Source: a virus | DNA length: 64,000 nucleotides | IMG/VR virus record: IMGVR_UViG_3300042330_000875 | Coordinates: 82,078-146,077 of that record | Reading direction: 5' to 3' (one strand) | Shown: one piece after another, positions 38,585 through 48,665 of the stretch | Layout: each line of letters opens with the position of its first letter | Numbering within the stretch: position 1 is the stretch's first letter | Translations under genes and position numbers: made by a program | Notes under the pieces: generated by a model | Databases searched by the model: none | What the model was told of the DNA's origin: nothing | The model's input: only the letters and a program-made list of their open reading frames with translations

Positions 38585-39778
38585 ATGTTTCCCGATAATC
38601 TTACCCTTGATGAAGTAACTCAAGTAACCAATGATTTTAATAATCAATTGGGTGTTACTGCGTTTTTGCGTGTTGTAAAAGAAGGATATATTGTTTTCAA
38701 TTATGCGTTTCAAACTCCCGATTTGTTCCCAAGGATTAATACAAAAGATGTTTTAGAAAATCGTCGTCGTGCAATTTTGCGTGAATGTCGCGGTTTAACC
38801 TTTGATCTTAATGGTAATTTGATTGCACGTAAATTTGAAAAGTTTTTTAATATGGATCAAATGCCTGAAACGCATCGGTTAGATTTTTCTCGTAATCATC
38901 TTATCATGGATAAGTTAGATGGTAGTATGATTGCGCCTATGTTGGTTGATAACAAAATTATTTGGTCAACTAAAATGGGCGATACCGATATTGCTAAAAT
39001 TGTTGATAATTTTGTTCAAGATAAACCGAACTATGCGAGTTTTGTATTGGATCAAATTAAATTAAATCGCACTGTTCTTTTTGAATTTGTCAGTCGTGAA
39101 AATAAAGTTGTAGTAGATTATCCAGAAGATAATCTAATTATGACTGCTATTCGTGATAATATTACTGGCGATTATATTGCGCGTAATATTCAAGAAATGT
39201 GGGCAAAAGAATATAATATTCCTATTGTAAATGTGTACAATGGAAAAAATATTCATGAATTAGTAACCCAAGCAAAAGATAATTTTGAAGGTTACGTTAT
39301 TTGGTTTCTGGATAACGATCAAAAAGTAAAAATCAAGCTAGATTGGTATCTTGTTCGACATCGCGCAATCGATGCTTTAAGTTCAGAAAAGCGAGTTTTA
39401 GAATTAATCGTTGCTGATCAAGTAGATGATTCAATTGCTTTACTTGACGAAAATGATCAAAAAATTCTAATTGATTTTCAAAAGAAATTTTGGAAAAATG
39501 TCGATGATTATTCAAAAAATCTTGAGATTTCAGTAAAAGAACTTTACGAAAATTGCAAAAAAATTGACAATTCTCGTCGTTATTTTGCTGAACAAGTTTC
39601 AAAAGAAAATCGTTTAACTCAAGCTGCTTATTTTGGTTATTTTGAAAATCAATTGTTTAATTTCCAAGATTTTGTTGTTAAGACGATTAAAAAGAAATTA
39701 AACAATAAAAATAATATTGAGCAAGTTCGGGAAATTTTTAAAATTGTTTGGTCAAGGAATACAACTATTGATGAGTGA
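38585..39778 (+). CDS. RNA ligase 1 (T4 Rnl1/gp63-like)
   Basis: ECRGL, KFEKFFN, motif I KLDGSM, LFEF, EGYVI, KVKIK. Confidence 0.9.
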   Translation: MFPDNLTLDEVTQVTNDFNNQLGVTAFLRVVKEGYIVFNYAFQTPDLFPRINTKDVLENRRRAILRECRGLTFDLNGNLIARKFEKFFNMDQMPETHRLDFSRNHLIMDKLDGSMIAPMLVDNKIIWSTKMGDTDIAKIVDNFVQDKPNYASFVLDQIKLNRTVLFEFVSRENKVVVDYPEDNLIMTAIRDNITGDYIARNIQEMWAKEYNIPIVNVYNGKNIHELVTQAKDNFEGYVIWFLDNDQKVKIKLDWYLVRHRAIDALSSEKRVLELIVADQVDDSIALLDENDQKILIDFQKKFWKNVDDYSKNLEISVKELYENCKKIDNSRRYFAEQVSKENRLTQAAYFGYFENQLFNFQDFVVKTIKKKLNNKNNIEQVREIFKIVWSRNTTIDE

Positions 39779-40106
39779 TATTGAAAAAACAATTGAGTGG
39801 TTATTAGAAAACGAAGATTTTAGAAAAATTTTACAATTAGAAAATCTTCGTTTTTTAGATTTAAAAAATATTGATACTAAAGATATATGTTTAAATTTAT
39901 ATAAATTAGATGAATATTTTAATTTTATCCGAGAATTTGGTTCTTTTCCTTATAATTTAATTTTTATTAAAGATTATAATAAAATAAATTTATTCGGAAT
40001 TGAATATAAACATTTTCATTTTAATCATGTTAATAATTATGTTATAATTTATTGTCAATTGGATAATACACAAGAAATTTTATGGAGTTTACATGATGGA
40101 CAGTGA
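39771..40106 (+). CDS. Hypothetical protein with shared C-terminal motif (family 2)
   Basis: ATG at 39771; ends YCQLDNTQEILWSLHDGQ. Confidence 0.55.
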   Translation: MSDIEKTIEWLLENEDFRKILQLENLRFLDLKNIDTKDICLNLYKLDEYFNFIREFGSFPYNLIFIKDYNKINLFGIEYKHFHFNHVNNYVIIYCQLDNTQEILWSLHDGQ

Positions 40107-40410
40107 AACAATTGAGAAAATTTTTAATAATCCAAAAATAATAGAATTAAATAAACCTGATATTTATTTTTTAGACATGCAAATTCTTCCAAATAATATT
40201 TTATTATTTAATTTTGATGAATATAAACAACATTTACTTAATGATACTTTAATTGGTAATGTATGGTTTTTAGATGAATTAGTCATTCATCTAAAAAATA
40301 ATAATTTTAAACCAGAAATTTTAGAAATTGTTATAGATGATTTAATATTTTATGTAGTTTATAGTGAAATATCAAATACTGATTATTGTTTATGGAGATT
40401 AAAATCATGA
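40093..40410 (+). CDS. Hypothetical protein with shared C-terminal motif (family 2)
   Basis: Ends YSEISNTDYCLWRLKS. Confidence 0.6.
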   Translation: MMDSETIEKIFNNPKIIELNKPDIYFLDMQILPNNILLFNFDEYKQHLLNDTLIGNVWFLDELVIHLKNNNFKPEILEIVIDDLIFYVVYSEISNTDYCLWRLKS

Positions 40411-40808
40411 CTAAAAAAGAAACAACTTTAGAAGAACGTAATGCTTTTGCTCAATATAAATTAGAGTGTCATTTAGAAAACATGTTTTTATCTAAACATG
40501 ATGATACATATCATCCATTAAAAGAAAAATTAATTGATTTAAATTATGTTCTTCATGAAAAAGAACGATCAGGCGCATTGTGTGCTGAAATTTTTTGGGG
40601 ATCAGATAATTTTTTCAACATTTATTATGAACCAAATGTTTTATTCCAATATTGGCGAATTTATCTTAAAAAGATGCATGTTTCGGATTTTACTGAAGAA
40701 AGAAAATTAAATATTAAACAACGATTAAAACATTTCAATGCAAGCGAAGAAATGGTTGAATTTACAAAAATTGTTTTTGATGAGATAAGAAATGAAAAAA
40801 ATACTTAA
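40386..40808 (+). CDS. Hypothetical protein
   Basis: Coupled ORF. Confidence 0.5.
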   Translation: MFMEIKIMTKKETTLEERNAFAQYKLECHLENMFLSKHDDTYHPLKEKLIDLNYVLHEKERSGALCAEIFWGSDNFFNIYYEPNVLFQYWRIYLKKMHVSDFTEERKLNIKQRLKHFNASEEMVEFTKIVFDEIRNEKNT

Positions 40809-41697
40809 TTGGTGGAATATACAAAAAGAATATTTTGGTTATAAAACAGAAAAAGATCATGTTTGGAGCATTTTCTTAAATGAATTTAATCGTTTATTAG
40901 AATGCGGAAAAGAAGTTGAATTACAATACCCAAATAATGAATATTGGGAAGAAAAAATCAATTTTATAAAACAAAAATTTCGTTTAACTGATAAAATTGT
41001 TTATGAAAAAAATGATATATTGGTTGTTGGTGATCTTCATGGTAATTTATCAGCATTAAATTCATTTGTTGAAATGGCAAATAAGATTGATGCTTTGATA
41101 ATTTTCTTAGGAGATATTTTAGATCATGGTCAAGAAAATTTAAAATGTTTTGAAATTGTTTATGATTTATGTGAACAAGGGCGAGCTATTTGTTTAAAAT
41201 CAAATCATGAACGAAAACATTTTCGTTATAGTTTAATTGAAGATGGTGCCCCAATTGTAAATTTATCACAAGGAAATTTAAAAACTTTCAATGAAATTCA
41301 AGCATTAAGTGAAGAAGATTTTTCCGCATTTAATTCACGTTTAAAAAGATTTTGGAGTAAAAGTTATTATTATTTTAATATTGATAATTTAGTTTTTGCT
41401 CATGCTGCAATTCCAGAAAATCATTGGAATAGCCAAGATGTTGATTTAAATTATTATGTACATGGTGATAGTCATGATAAAAATCGTAATAATTTATGGA
41501 CAAATTATGTAAAAAAAGATATTATCGCTGTTGTAGGCCATACATACTTAAACGATTATCCAATTATAAAAACCAATGATAATAATGGACAAACTGTATT
41601 TTTAGATACAGGAAGTTCAAAAGGTGGTCAATTATCAGTTATGAGACTAAAATTTAACGAAAATAAATATGAATTTGTAAATTTTTTTATTTTTTAA
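40792..41697 (+). CDS. Calcineurin-like metallophosphoesterase (Pnkp/PrpE-type)
   Basis: GDLHG, GDILDHG, SNHE, FAHA, VGHT, LDTG...GGQLS. Confidence 0.9.
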   Translation: MKKILNWWNIQKEYFGYKTEKDHVWSIFLNEFNRLLECGKEVELQYPNNEYWEEKINFIKQKFRLTDKIVYEKNDILVVGDLHGNLSALNSFVEMANKIDALIIFLGDILDHGQENLKCFEIVYDLCEQGRAICLKSNHERKHFRYSLIEDGAPIVNLSQGNLKTFNEIQALSEEDFSAFNSRLKRFWSKSYYYFNIDNLVFAHAAIPENHWNSQDVDLNYYVHGDSHDKNRNNLWTNYVKKDIIAVVGHTYLNDYPIIKTNDNNGQTVFLDTGSSKGGQLSVMRLKFNENKYEFVNFFIF

Positions 41698-41734
41698 TTG
41701 GATAAAATTTAAAAGAAAGGTTATAGTTAAAATT

Positions 41735-42295
41735 ATGAAAACAACGTTGGTTTTAAATGCAGACGCGGCACCAATGACATTAATTCCTATTTCTGCTTAT
41801 ACTTGGCAAGAAGCCATACAAAGTACATTTTCTGAATCATTTGATATTTTAGAAACTTATGATAATGTTGTGGCACGTAGTCCTAGTATTGAGATGCCTG
41901 TGCCATCAGTAATAATGAGTAGGCATTATGTAAATACAAGTCGTCAAGTAAAAATATCTCGTGAAAATATTAAAGTACGAGATGAATTTCGTTGTCAATA
42001 TTGTGGCGAAAAATTTCGTTCACAAGAATTAACAATGGATCACGTTCATCCAAAGAAAATGGGTGGACAGTATCGCTGGGATAACATTGTAAGCGCTTGT
42101 GAGCGTTGTAATTCATTAAAAGGTCATCGATTAGATATACGCCCTATTCGTCGCCCAACTAAACCTTCATACGGACAAATGATTGAAATTTTAAGAAAAA
42201 GTCCTATTTATATTCCTGATATAAAATGGAATTATTATTTGCATTGGCCTGAGAATTTAGTTAATATAATTGAAGTACCAAAGATTTTAACCTAA
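41735..42295 (+). CDS. HNH endonuclease (McrA/HNH_5-like)
   Basis: LVLNAD, PSVI, RDEFRCQYCG, TMDHVHP...GG...WDNIVSAC..CN..KG. Confidence 0.9.
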   Translation: MKTTLVLNADAAPMTLIPISAYTWQEAIQSTFSESFDILETYDNVVARSPSIEMPVPSVIMSRHYVNTSRQVKISRENIKVRDEFRCQYCGEKFRSQELTMDHVHPKKMGGQYRWDNIVSACERCNSLKGHRLDIRPIRRPTKPSYGQMIEILRKSPIYIPDIKWNYYLHWPENLVNIIEVPKILT

Positions 42296-42309
42296 TCTTT
42301 GGTTTTCCA

Positions 42310-42747
42310 AAAAGATAAAATTTTAGATAAATTAGAGGAAAATAAATGAAAAACACTCATATTACGTTTAATTTTGATTTAAATATTAAAAATAAAGATG
42401 ATATGTTAAAACATATTAGTAAAATACATGATTCAGAATCTATTTGGATTAATTTTAAAGATGATTTTAATATCAAATTGGCAAACAATTGGCGTTTTTC
42501 ATTAAATGATGTTTGTTACATTCCATTAGATTTATCTAAAACACAATTAGAATCGTTAATAACAAAACTTAATTCTATTGGTTATGACACAGAAGTAGTA
42601 AAAGTACCAGACTTTCTTAAAGAAACGATTGAATTTGCTAATCATACATATTGTATTAAAGTTAATCCGCCACAATAAAATTAAAGAATAAATATATTCT
42701 TTTACTTAAAAGATAAAATTTTAGATAAATTAGAGGAAAATAAATGA
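42310..42747 (+). repeat. 40-bp exact direct repeat (42310-42349, 42708-42747) containing RBS and start codon
   Basis: AAAAGATAAAATTTTAGATAAATTAGAGGAAAATAAATGA twice, flanking ORF 42346-42678. Confidence 0.85.
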
Positions 42748-43240
42748 CAGAAAACACTAATCCAACACTTAATATAAAAGATATTTTATCAGCAGTTCAA
42801 ATTATTGATTATGCAGTTGCACAAGGAATTATTAAATCTTGGGAAGATTTTGAAAATGTAAAAATTGTTCGTGATCGTCTTCAAGCATTTGGTGAAGCTG
42901 CAACAAAAACACAAGAAGCTGCCGATGCTGCTAATCAAGAAAATCAAGAAGCAGTACAAGAAACGGTTCAAGAACCCGTAGAAGTTAAAAAAGAGACTGT
43001 TAAAAAAGCTAAAAAATGATTTTAGATTTTAAATGGAATATCGGTGATCGTTGTATTTTTGTTACAGTTGATGACCAAGGAAATGAAGTAAAAATACCAG
43101 TAAAAATTTTAAACATCGAAGATGAATTTTATCAAATTGCTGGTAATTACTTAGAAAAATTTATTACAACAAAAAATAATAAATTTTATGCACACGCAGA
43201 TGAATTAACATTTCTGCAAAAATTAGAGGTAGTAAAATGA
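42346..43240 (+). CDS. Three hypothetical proteins (42346-42678, 42744-43019, 43016-43240)
   Basis: GAGG RBSs and coupling. Confidence 0.55.
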
Positions 43241-44262
43241 GTGATTTAAAAATTACAAGACATATAGGTAGAGTTATTAATTCAGATAATAGATTAGCAA
43301 TTCTTTTCCTTCAAGTACCAAATGAACCATATAAATGTTTAGCTGTTAATTTAGATGCATTGAATGATCGATATGCTGGCGCAATTAAAGAAGCCTTATA
43401 TTCAGATCAAGGACAAAATACAGAAAATTTAGGTGATTATTTAGGAACTATTCGATTTAATGGCGCTCCGCATTCTTTGATTGCTGAACTTCATATTAAA
43501 AATGTTATTCAAAAAATGAATGTTGAAATGATTGAAATGCTTCCAAGACCAGGAATGCCACATAATTTAGCTGAACTTTTAGTTGAAATGGGGAGATTAG
43601 ATAAAGATTTAGCTGAAACATTACTTAAAAGAAAATTAATTACAAAAATTGATCCAAATGAAATATTAAAAAATATCAATGCAAACAAAGACGCATTGAA
43701 AACAGATAATATTTATGAAATGAATATTAAAAATGCAAACGAAGAAACTAAAATGAATCAAGCAAGATTTTTATTAAATCAAGCAGAAGATTTAGATCAT
43801 CAGGCATTTTTAAAACGTCAACAAGCTTATGCAATTGTTCCTGCGTTAGACCCAGCAAAATCACATATTCGTGAAAGTTTAGAAAATTCAGTTGTATCGA
43901 AAGATGTTGAAATTGATTTAGCATCAAATAATACACGAAAAATTGATCAAGTTAATGAACAAGAATATTATCAACCAAATCCTGTTACTGGATTATCGCA
44001 AAAAGATTTAGGCGCAATTAATACACCAACAAAAGAACAACCATTAACTGCCCATCAAATTATGGAATTGATGAATAAAAATAATCACCCAACTGGTTTA
44101 CCAAAAGCAGCAATTAGTGAAGGTGAACCCAATCCAAAAATGGTTAATGCTTTGGCTGATTTGTTTTCTGGTAATATCACAAAAGATGCGTTTGATGCAA
44201 TAGCAAAAGAAACAGTTGTTCCAACTCGTATGGAACAAATTAGCGGGGAAAATAATGGCTAA
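43237..44262 (+). CDS. Hypothetical phage protein
   Basis: 341 aa, GAGG RBS, overlaps the thyX start. Confidence 0.6.
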   Translation: MSDLKITRHIGRVINSDNRLAILFLQVPNEPYKCLAVNLDALNDRYAGAIKEALYSDQGQNTENLGDYLGTIRFNGAPHSLIAELHIKNVIQKMNVEMIEMLPRPGMPHNLAELLVEMGRLDKDLAETLLKRKLITKIDPNEILKNINANKDALKTDNIYEMNIKNANEETKMNQARFLLNQAEDLDHQAFLKRQQAYAIVPALDPAKSHIRESLENSVVSKDVEIDLASNNTRKIDQVNEQEYYQPNPVTGLSQKDLGAINTPTKEQPLTAHQIMELMNKNNHPTGLPKAAISEGEPNPKMVNALADLFSGNITKDAFDAIAKETVVPTRMEQISGENNG

Positions 44263-45667
44263 TATTGAGGAAATTAAAAATGACAAGAATTATCACAGTG
44301 TTTTGGATAATGGATTTGTTGGTTTAGTTGATCACATGGGCACAGACGAATCTATCGTTCGTGCTGCCCGTGTGAGCTATTCTAAAGGCACCAAATCATC
44401 AAGAGATAGTCGTGGCTTAATTCGTTACCTTGTTCGTCATTCTCATACTTCTCCATTGGAAATGAACGAAGCTATTTTCCACATTAAACTGCCAATTTTT
44501 GTTATGCGTCAATTAGTTCGTCATCGCACAGCTTGTTTAACTGGTGATAACCAACTTTATATGGCCGATAATTCAAGAATTTTTATAAAACAATTTTATG
44601 ATAACTGGAAAAATAATGTAAATCAAAATACAGTTGTTAAAATGTTAAATGAAGAAACTAACGAAATTTTATCAACTGAAATTGTTAATATTTGGAGTAA
44701 TGGTAATAAAGAAGTTTTTGAATTAACTTTGGAAAATGATTTTACAATAAAATTAACCGCAGATCATGAATGTTTAACAAATAATGGTTGGCAACAATTA
44801 AAAAATGCTTTAAATCTTGAAGTTGAAGTTAACTCAGAACATGTTCCTGTTGTTGTTAAGTATGATGATACAGTATTGTTTGCTGTTGAAAATGAAAATA
44901 ATTCTGATTTTATTAAAGTAAAATCAATAAAATATGTTGGTATTGAAGAAGTTTTTGATTTAACGGTTAAAGGACCATATCATAATTTCGTTGCTAATGG
45001 ACTTGTTGTTCATAATTGTCTTAATGAAGTTTCTGGTCGTTATTCAGAATTAACAGATGAAGTATATGTTCCTGATTTACCACAAATTAAACCACAAAGT
45101 TTAACTAATAAACAAGGTCGTTCTGGTGAATTTTTACCTGGAATTGCACAAAGAATTAAAAATATTTTTAAGAAAAACGCAGAAACAAGTTTACAAGTTT
45201 ATAATAATTTACTTGGAAATAATCATGATTTTTCTGATTTAGATGAAAATTATCCTGGTTTAGCTAGAGAATTAGCGCGCGGTGTTTTAACTGTAAATCA
45301 TTATACCGAACTTTATTGGAAAATGGATTTACATAATTTACTTCATTTTATTCGTTTGCGTGAAGATTCACATGCCCAATGGGAAATTCAAGAATATGCA
45401 AGAGCAATTTTAGAATTAATTCGCCCTCTTTGGCCGATTACAATTGAAGCTTGGGAAGATTATATTAAAAATGCAAGTAAATTAAGTCGTATGGATCAAG
45501 AATTACTTAATACAGTAATTAAAACCAGTAATGAATTTAATATGAGTTTTAATTTTGCATTAGATAAATTACAAGGAAATTTATCTAATAAGGAATTTGC
45601 ACAAACTTTAGGAATGAGTGAACGAGAATACGTTGAATGGAAAGAAAAATTTATTAAGGAAGATTAA
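44255..45667 (+). CDS. thyX: FAD-dependent thymidylate synthase ThyX with intein
   Basis: IVRAARVSY, HTSPLE, RHRTA-[intein]-CLNEVSGRY restores RHRx7S; RELAR, NLLHFIRLR..SHAQWEI; ATG 44255 preferred. Confidence 0.93.
   Translation: MANIEEIKNDKNYHSVLDNGFVGLVDHMGTDESIVRAARVSYSKGTKSSRDSRGLIRYLVRHSHTSPLEMNEAIFHIKLPIFVMRQLVRHRTACLTGDNQLYMADNSRIFIKQFYDNWKNNVNQNTVVKMLNEETNEILSTEIVNIWSNGNKEVFELTLENDFTIKLTADHECLTNNGWQQLKNALNLEVEVNSEHVPVVVKYDDTVLFAVENENNSDFIKVKSIKYVGIEEVFDLTVKGPYHNFVANGLVVHNCLNEVSGRYSELTDEVYVPDLPQIKPQSLTNKQGRSGEFLPGIAQRIKNIFKKNAETSLQVYNNLLGNNHDFSDLDENYPGLARELARGVLTVNHYTELYWKMDLHNLLHFIRLREDSHAQWEIQEYARAILELIRPLWPITIEAWEDYIKNASKLSRMDQELLNTVIKTSNEFNMSFNFALDKLQGNLSNKEFAQTLGMSEREYVEWKEKFIKED
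44534..45016 (+). mobile_element. Mini-intein (161 aa, no homing endonuclease)
   Basis: Starts CLTGD; block B LTADHECLT; ends VFDLTV...HNFVANGLVVHN with +1 Cys. Confidence 0.92.
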
Positions 45668-45695
45668 TTTCTTCCTTAATTTTTTAGAAAGTTGA

Positions 45696-45980
45696 TTGAT
45701 GAAAAAGATACCTATTTACATTAGTAATAATTTTGTAGTATATAATAAGAAACATAATACAAATTTTAATAAAGGATGGTTTGATTTTGAAAATATTAAA
45801 ATGATTCATCCTTCTGGCGTACAATCAGATTATGCTGATAAATTTAATAATGTATTAGATGATTTAAGAACATATGGTATTTTAACATTTGAAAGTACAG
45901 AATTAGATAGACATGTAGGATATTTTATGCTAGAGTTTTTTGATGAAACAAATGAAGTTTTATTTTATTTAAAATATTAA
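45696..45980 (+). CDS. Hypothetical protein with shared C-terminal motif
   Basis: Ends LEFFDETNEVLFYLKY. Confidence 0.6.
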   Translation: MMKKIPIYISNNFVVYNKKHNTNFNKGWFDFENIKMIHPSGVQSDYADKFNNVLDDLRTYGILTFESTELDRHVGYFMLEFFDETNEVLFYLKY

Positions 45981-45992
45981 ATTGAGGCAAAC

Positions 45993-46745
45993 ATGACAGA
46001 AGAAATAATTAAAAATTTATTATTAAATTCTAAAAATTTTGATAATAATGAAAAAATTATATTAGAAAATTTTTACAATAAATTACTTAATTCTATGTAT
46101 CCAGTTGTTTATACTGATAATGATGCAGGAAAAGTTGATTTTTTAAGAACAAGTTTTGGTGTTGAATTACCAACAATTGGCCGACAGATAAATGTAATTT
46201 TAACTAAAATCAATTATCAATTAATAGAAAAAGAATTATCTTTGAATAATCTCGAAGAAACATTAAATGATTTGATAAATCAAATTGATGATGAATTTGT
46301 AAATAATTGTTTGAAAAAACAGAATAATAGTTTAAAATTTAAAGATTTTCATCATAATAATTTAATTTATGCTATTAATAATACAATGAATAATATTGCA
46401 CGTTGTACGAGAATCGGCCCTGGTAATAAAGTTTTAATTAGTCAATCAATATTTGATAAAATTAAAAATGAAATTGTTATCAAAAATAGTATAGATGAAC
46501 AAAGAAATATTAATTATATTGGTGATTTAAATCTCGCAAAAGTTTATTTGTATAATACTAATGATGATAATTTCCCAATTTATGTTTGGTATTCTGGTGA
46601 AAAATCAGAAGATAATCCTTTTGTTTATGTTACTAAATCGCTTAATAAATCAGAAAAATTGATTAATAGCAGTTCTTTTGTCGAAGATAATTCAAGTTCA
46701 TCATTATCTTCAACAAAAGACTATATTGGAGTTATAGAATTTTAA
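45993..46745 (+). CDS. Divergent, truncated gp23/gp24-like capsid-fold protein
   Basis: NNIARCTRIGPGNKVLIS resembles gp23 IAxxTRRGxGNxxIxS; YIGDLN..KVY and YSG..SEDNPFVY resemble later gp23 blocks. Confidence 0.5.
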   Translation: MTEEIIKNLLLNSKNFDNNEKIILENFYNKLLNSMYPVVYTDNDAGKVDFLRTSFGVELPTIGRQINVILTKINYQLIEKELSLNNLEETLNDLINQIDDEFVNNCLKKQNNSLKFKDFHHNNLIYAINNTMNNIARCTRIGPGNKVLISQSIFDKIKNEIVIKNSIDEQRNINYIGDLNLAKVYLYNTNDDNFPIYVWYSGEKSEDNPFVYVTKSLNKSEKLINSSSFVEDNSSSSLSSTKDYIGVIEF

Positions 46746-47078
46746 ATGAGATATATTTATTATATTGATGGTGAAAAATTTACAACTGAGAATAAAAATA
46801 GTATTTCTTTCAAAGACATATCGTCTTTAAATGAAAGTACACCCGCTTTTGAAGATTTATCAACTGGTCATAAAATTTGGATGTTAAAAGGAAGAATAAG
46901 GCATCGTTTAACAGGACCTGCTAATAAAAATTATCATTCAAAAGAATTTTACTTAAATGGAAAATTCTACCAAAACGCAAAGTCTTGGTTAAAAGATCAC
47001 CCAAATCCAGATTTATATTTTAATGCCATTGGAGTTTTTACCGAAACCGATAAAATTCTTTGGTATTTGCAGAATTGA
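46746..47078 (+). CDS. HRLTGP-family paralog 10 (tail A)
   Basis: Family motifs; abuts upstream stop. Confidence 0.85.
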   Translation: MRYIYYIDGEKFTTENKNSISFKDISSLNESTPAFEDLSTGHKIWMLKGRIRHRLTGPANKNYHSKEFYLNGKFYQNAKSWLKDHPNPDLYFNAIGVFTETDKILWYLQN

Positions 47079-47087
47079 GTATATTAC

Positions 47088-47420
47088 ATGAGATACATTT
47101 ATTATATTGATGGTGAAAAATTCAAAACTAATTCAATGAATGAAAAAACACAATTTAAAATTTCTTCATTTGATGAAAATACACCTGCTTTTGAAGATTT
47201 AATAACTGGACAAAAATTATGGTGTAATAAAGGATTAATTTTGCATCGCTTAACTGGCCCGGCTGACATTTTTTATTCTTTAAATATTTTTTTCTTAAAT
47301 GGAAAACGTTATGAAACCATAAAAGATTGGTTAAAAGATCATCCCGAACCAGATTTATATTTTCACAATATTGGCGTTTTTACTGAAACCGATAAAGTTC
47401 TTTGGTACTTACAAAATTAA
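47088..47420 (+). CDS. HRLTGP-family paralog 11 (tail A)
   Basis: Family motifs; tandem with paralog 10. Confidence 0.85.
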   Translation: MRYIYYIDGEKFKTNSMNEKTQFKISSFDENTPAFEDLITGQKLWCNKGLILHRLTGPADIFYSLNIFFLNGKRYETIKDWLKDHPEPDLYFHNIGVFTETDKVLWYLQN

Positions 47421-47483
47421 ACATTGACAATTTGAAAAAATCTTATATGTTATAATAATTATATCAGTTTAGGAGTTATTATA

Positions 47484-47810
47484 ATGAGAATATATTATAT
47501 TGATGGTATAAAACATATAAAAAATGATTATGGAAAAATTCCATTTGAAATCGTTTCTTCTCCTGATGAACAAACACCCGCAATTGAAACAACCTTTGAC
47601 CTTAAAGTTTGGTGTAAAAAAGGACTTATTTGGCATCGTTTAACTGGCCCTGCTAGAATATTTTCTGATGGGAAAGAAGAATATTGGATTGATAATATTT
47701 ATTATCCAACTATAAGAGAATGGATTACAGATCATCCAAATCCAGATTTATACTTTGATGCAATTGGTTTAAATGAAACCGATAAAGTTCTTTGGTACTT
47801 ACAAAATTAA
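47484..47810 (+). CDS. HRLTGP-family paralog 12 (tail A)
   Basis: Family motifs; AGGAG RBS; TTGACA promoter upstream. Confidence 0.85.
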   Translation: MRIYYIDGIKHIKNDYGKIPFEIVSSPDEQTPAIETTFDLKVWCKKGLIWHRLTGPARIFSDGKEEYWIDNIYYPTIREWITDHPNPDLYFDAIGLNETDKVLWYLQN

Positions 47811-47819
47811 GGAAAATAA

Positions 47820-48665
47820 ATGTTAGGAAGTACAATTCATATTCAAAATTATCCTGCGTTTTTCATATCTTATGATGAACCCAATGCTGATGATAATTTT
47901 AAAGCAATTAAATCTTTAGTACCTAATATTAATCGAGTGCATGGTATAAAAGGTATTCATAATGCACATAAAAAATGTGCAGATCAAGCGGATGATTGGT
48001 TTTGGACCGTTGATGGTGATAATTATCCTTTAGATCAATTACAACACGCGCATGTTATTTTAGACAACCCAAAACAATTATTTTGTATTCATAGTTTTAG
48101 GACAATTAATGATATAACTGGATTAATTTATGGAAATGGAAGTGTTAAACTGTGGCGAAAACAATTTTTAAATAAAGTTTCACATGAAACAACAACTGAT
48201 TTTTTTTATAATAATTCTTATTGGATTTGTTCTGATATTTTAGCTATTACAAAATCTGCCAGTTCAGATTATCATGCTTTTAGAAGTGCGTATCGTGAAG
48301 TTGCAAAATTAACATTAACACCAGATGGTAATTTACAATCTAAATTAAATTTAAATGATTTAGGTGATAATGGAATAAGAATAAAATTATGGTTAACAAT
48401 GGGAAATCATTTACAATATGGAAAATTTTCTTTATTGGGTGCTCATGCTGCTTTAACCGATTTTTATATTAATAATAAAGATATATTATTGATTAATGAT
48501 TATGATCGTTTATTGGTTATTTTTGAATATTGGGCCGGTAAAAATATTCCAGTTGAAAATTCTGAAAAATTATTAAACTGTAAATTACCAATATTAGATT
48601 CAAAAACTTCTTTATTTATTAGAAATTGCCAATTTAAACCAACTTATAATGGATTAATGAAGTGA
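47820..48665 (+). CDS. Putative glycosyltransferase (GT-A-like)
   Basis: FISYDEPNA, RVHGIKG..NAHK, FWTVDGDN (DxD), YGNGSVKLW, AFRSAYRE. Confidence 0.6.
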   Translation: MLGSTIHIQNYPAFFISYDEPNADDNFKAIKSLVPNINRVHGIKGIHNAHKKCADQADDWFWTVDGDNYPLDQLQHAHVILDNPKQLFCIHSFRTINDITGLIYGNGSVKLWRKQFLNKVSHETTTDFFYNNSYWICSDILAITKSASSDYHAFRSAYREVAKLTLTPDGNLQSKLNLNDLGDNGIRIKLWLTMGNHLQYGKFSLLGAHAALTDFYINNKDILLINDYDRLLVIFEYWAGKNIPVENSEKLLNCKLPILDSKTSLFIRNCQFKPTYNGLMK

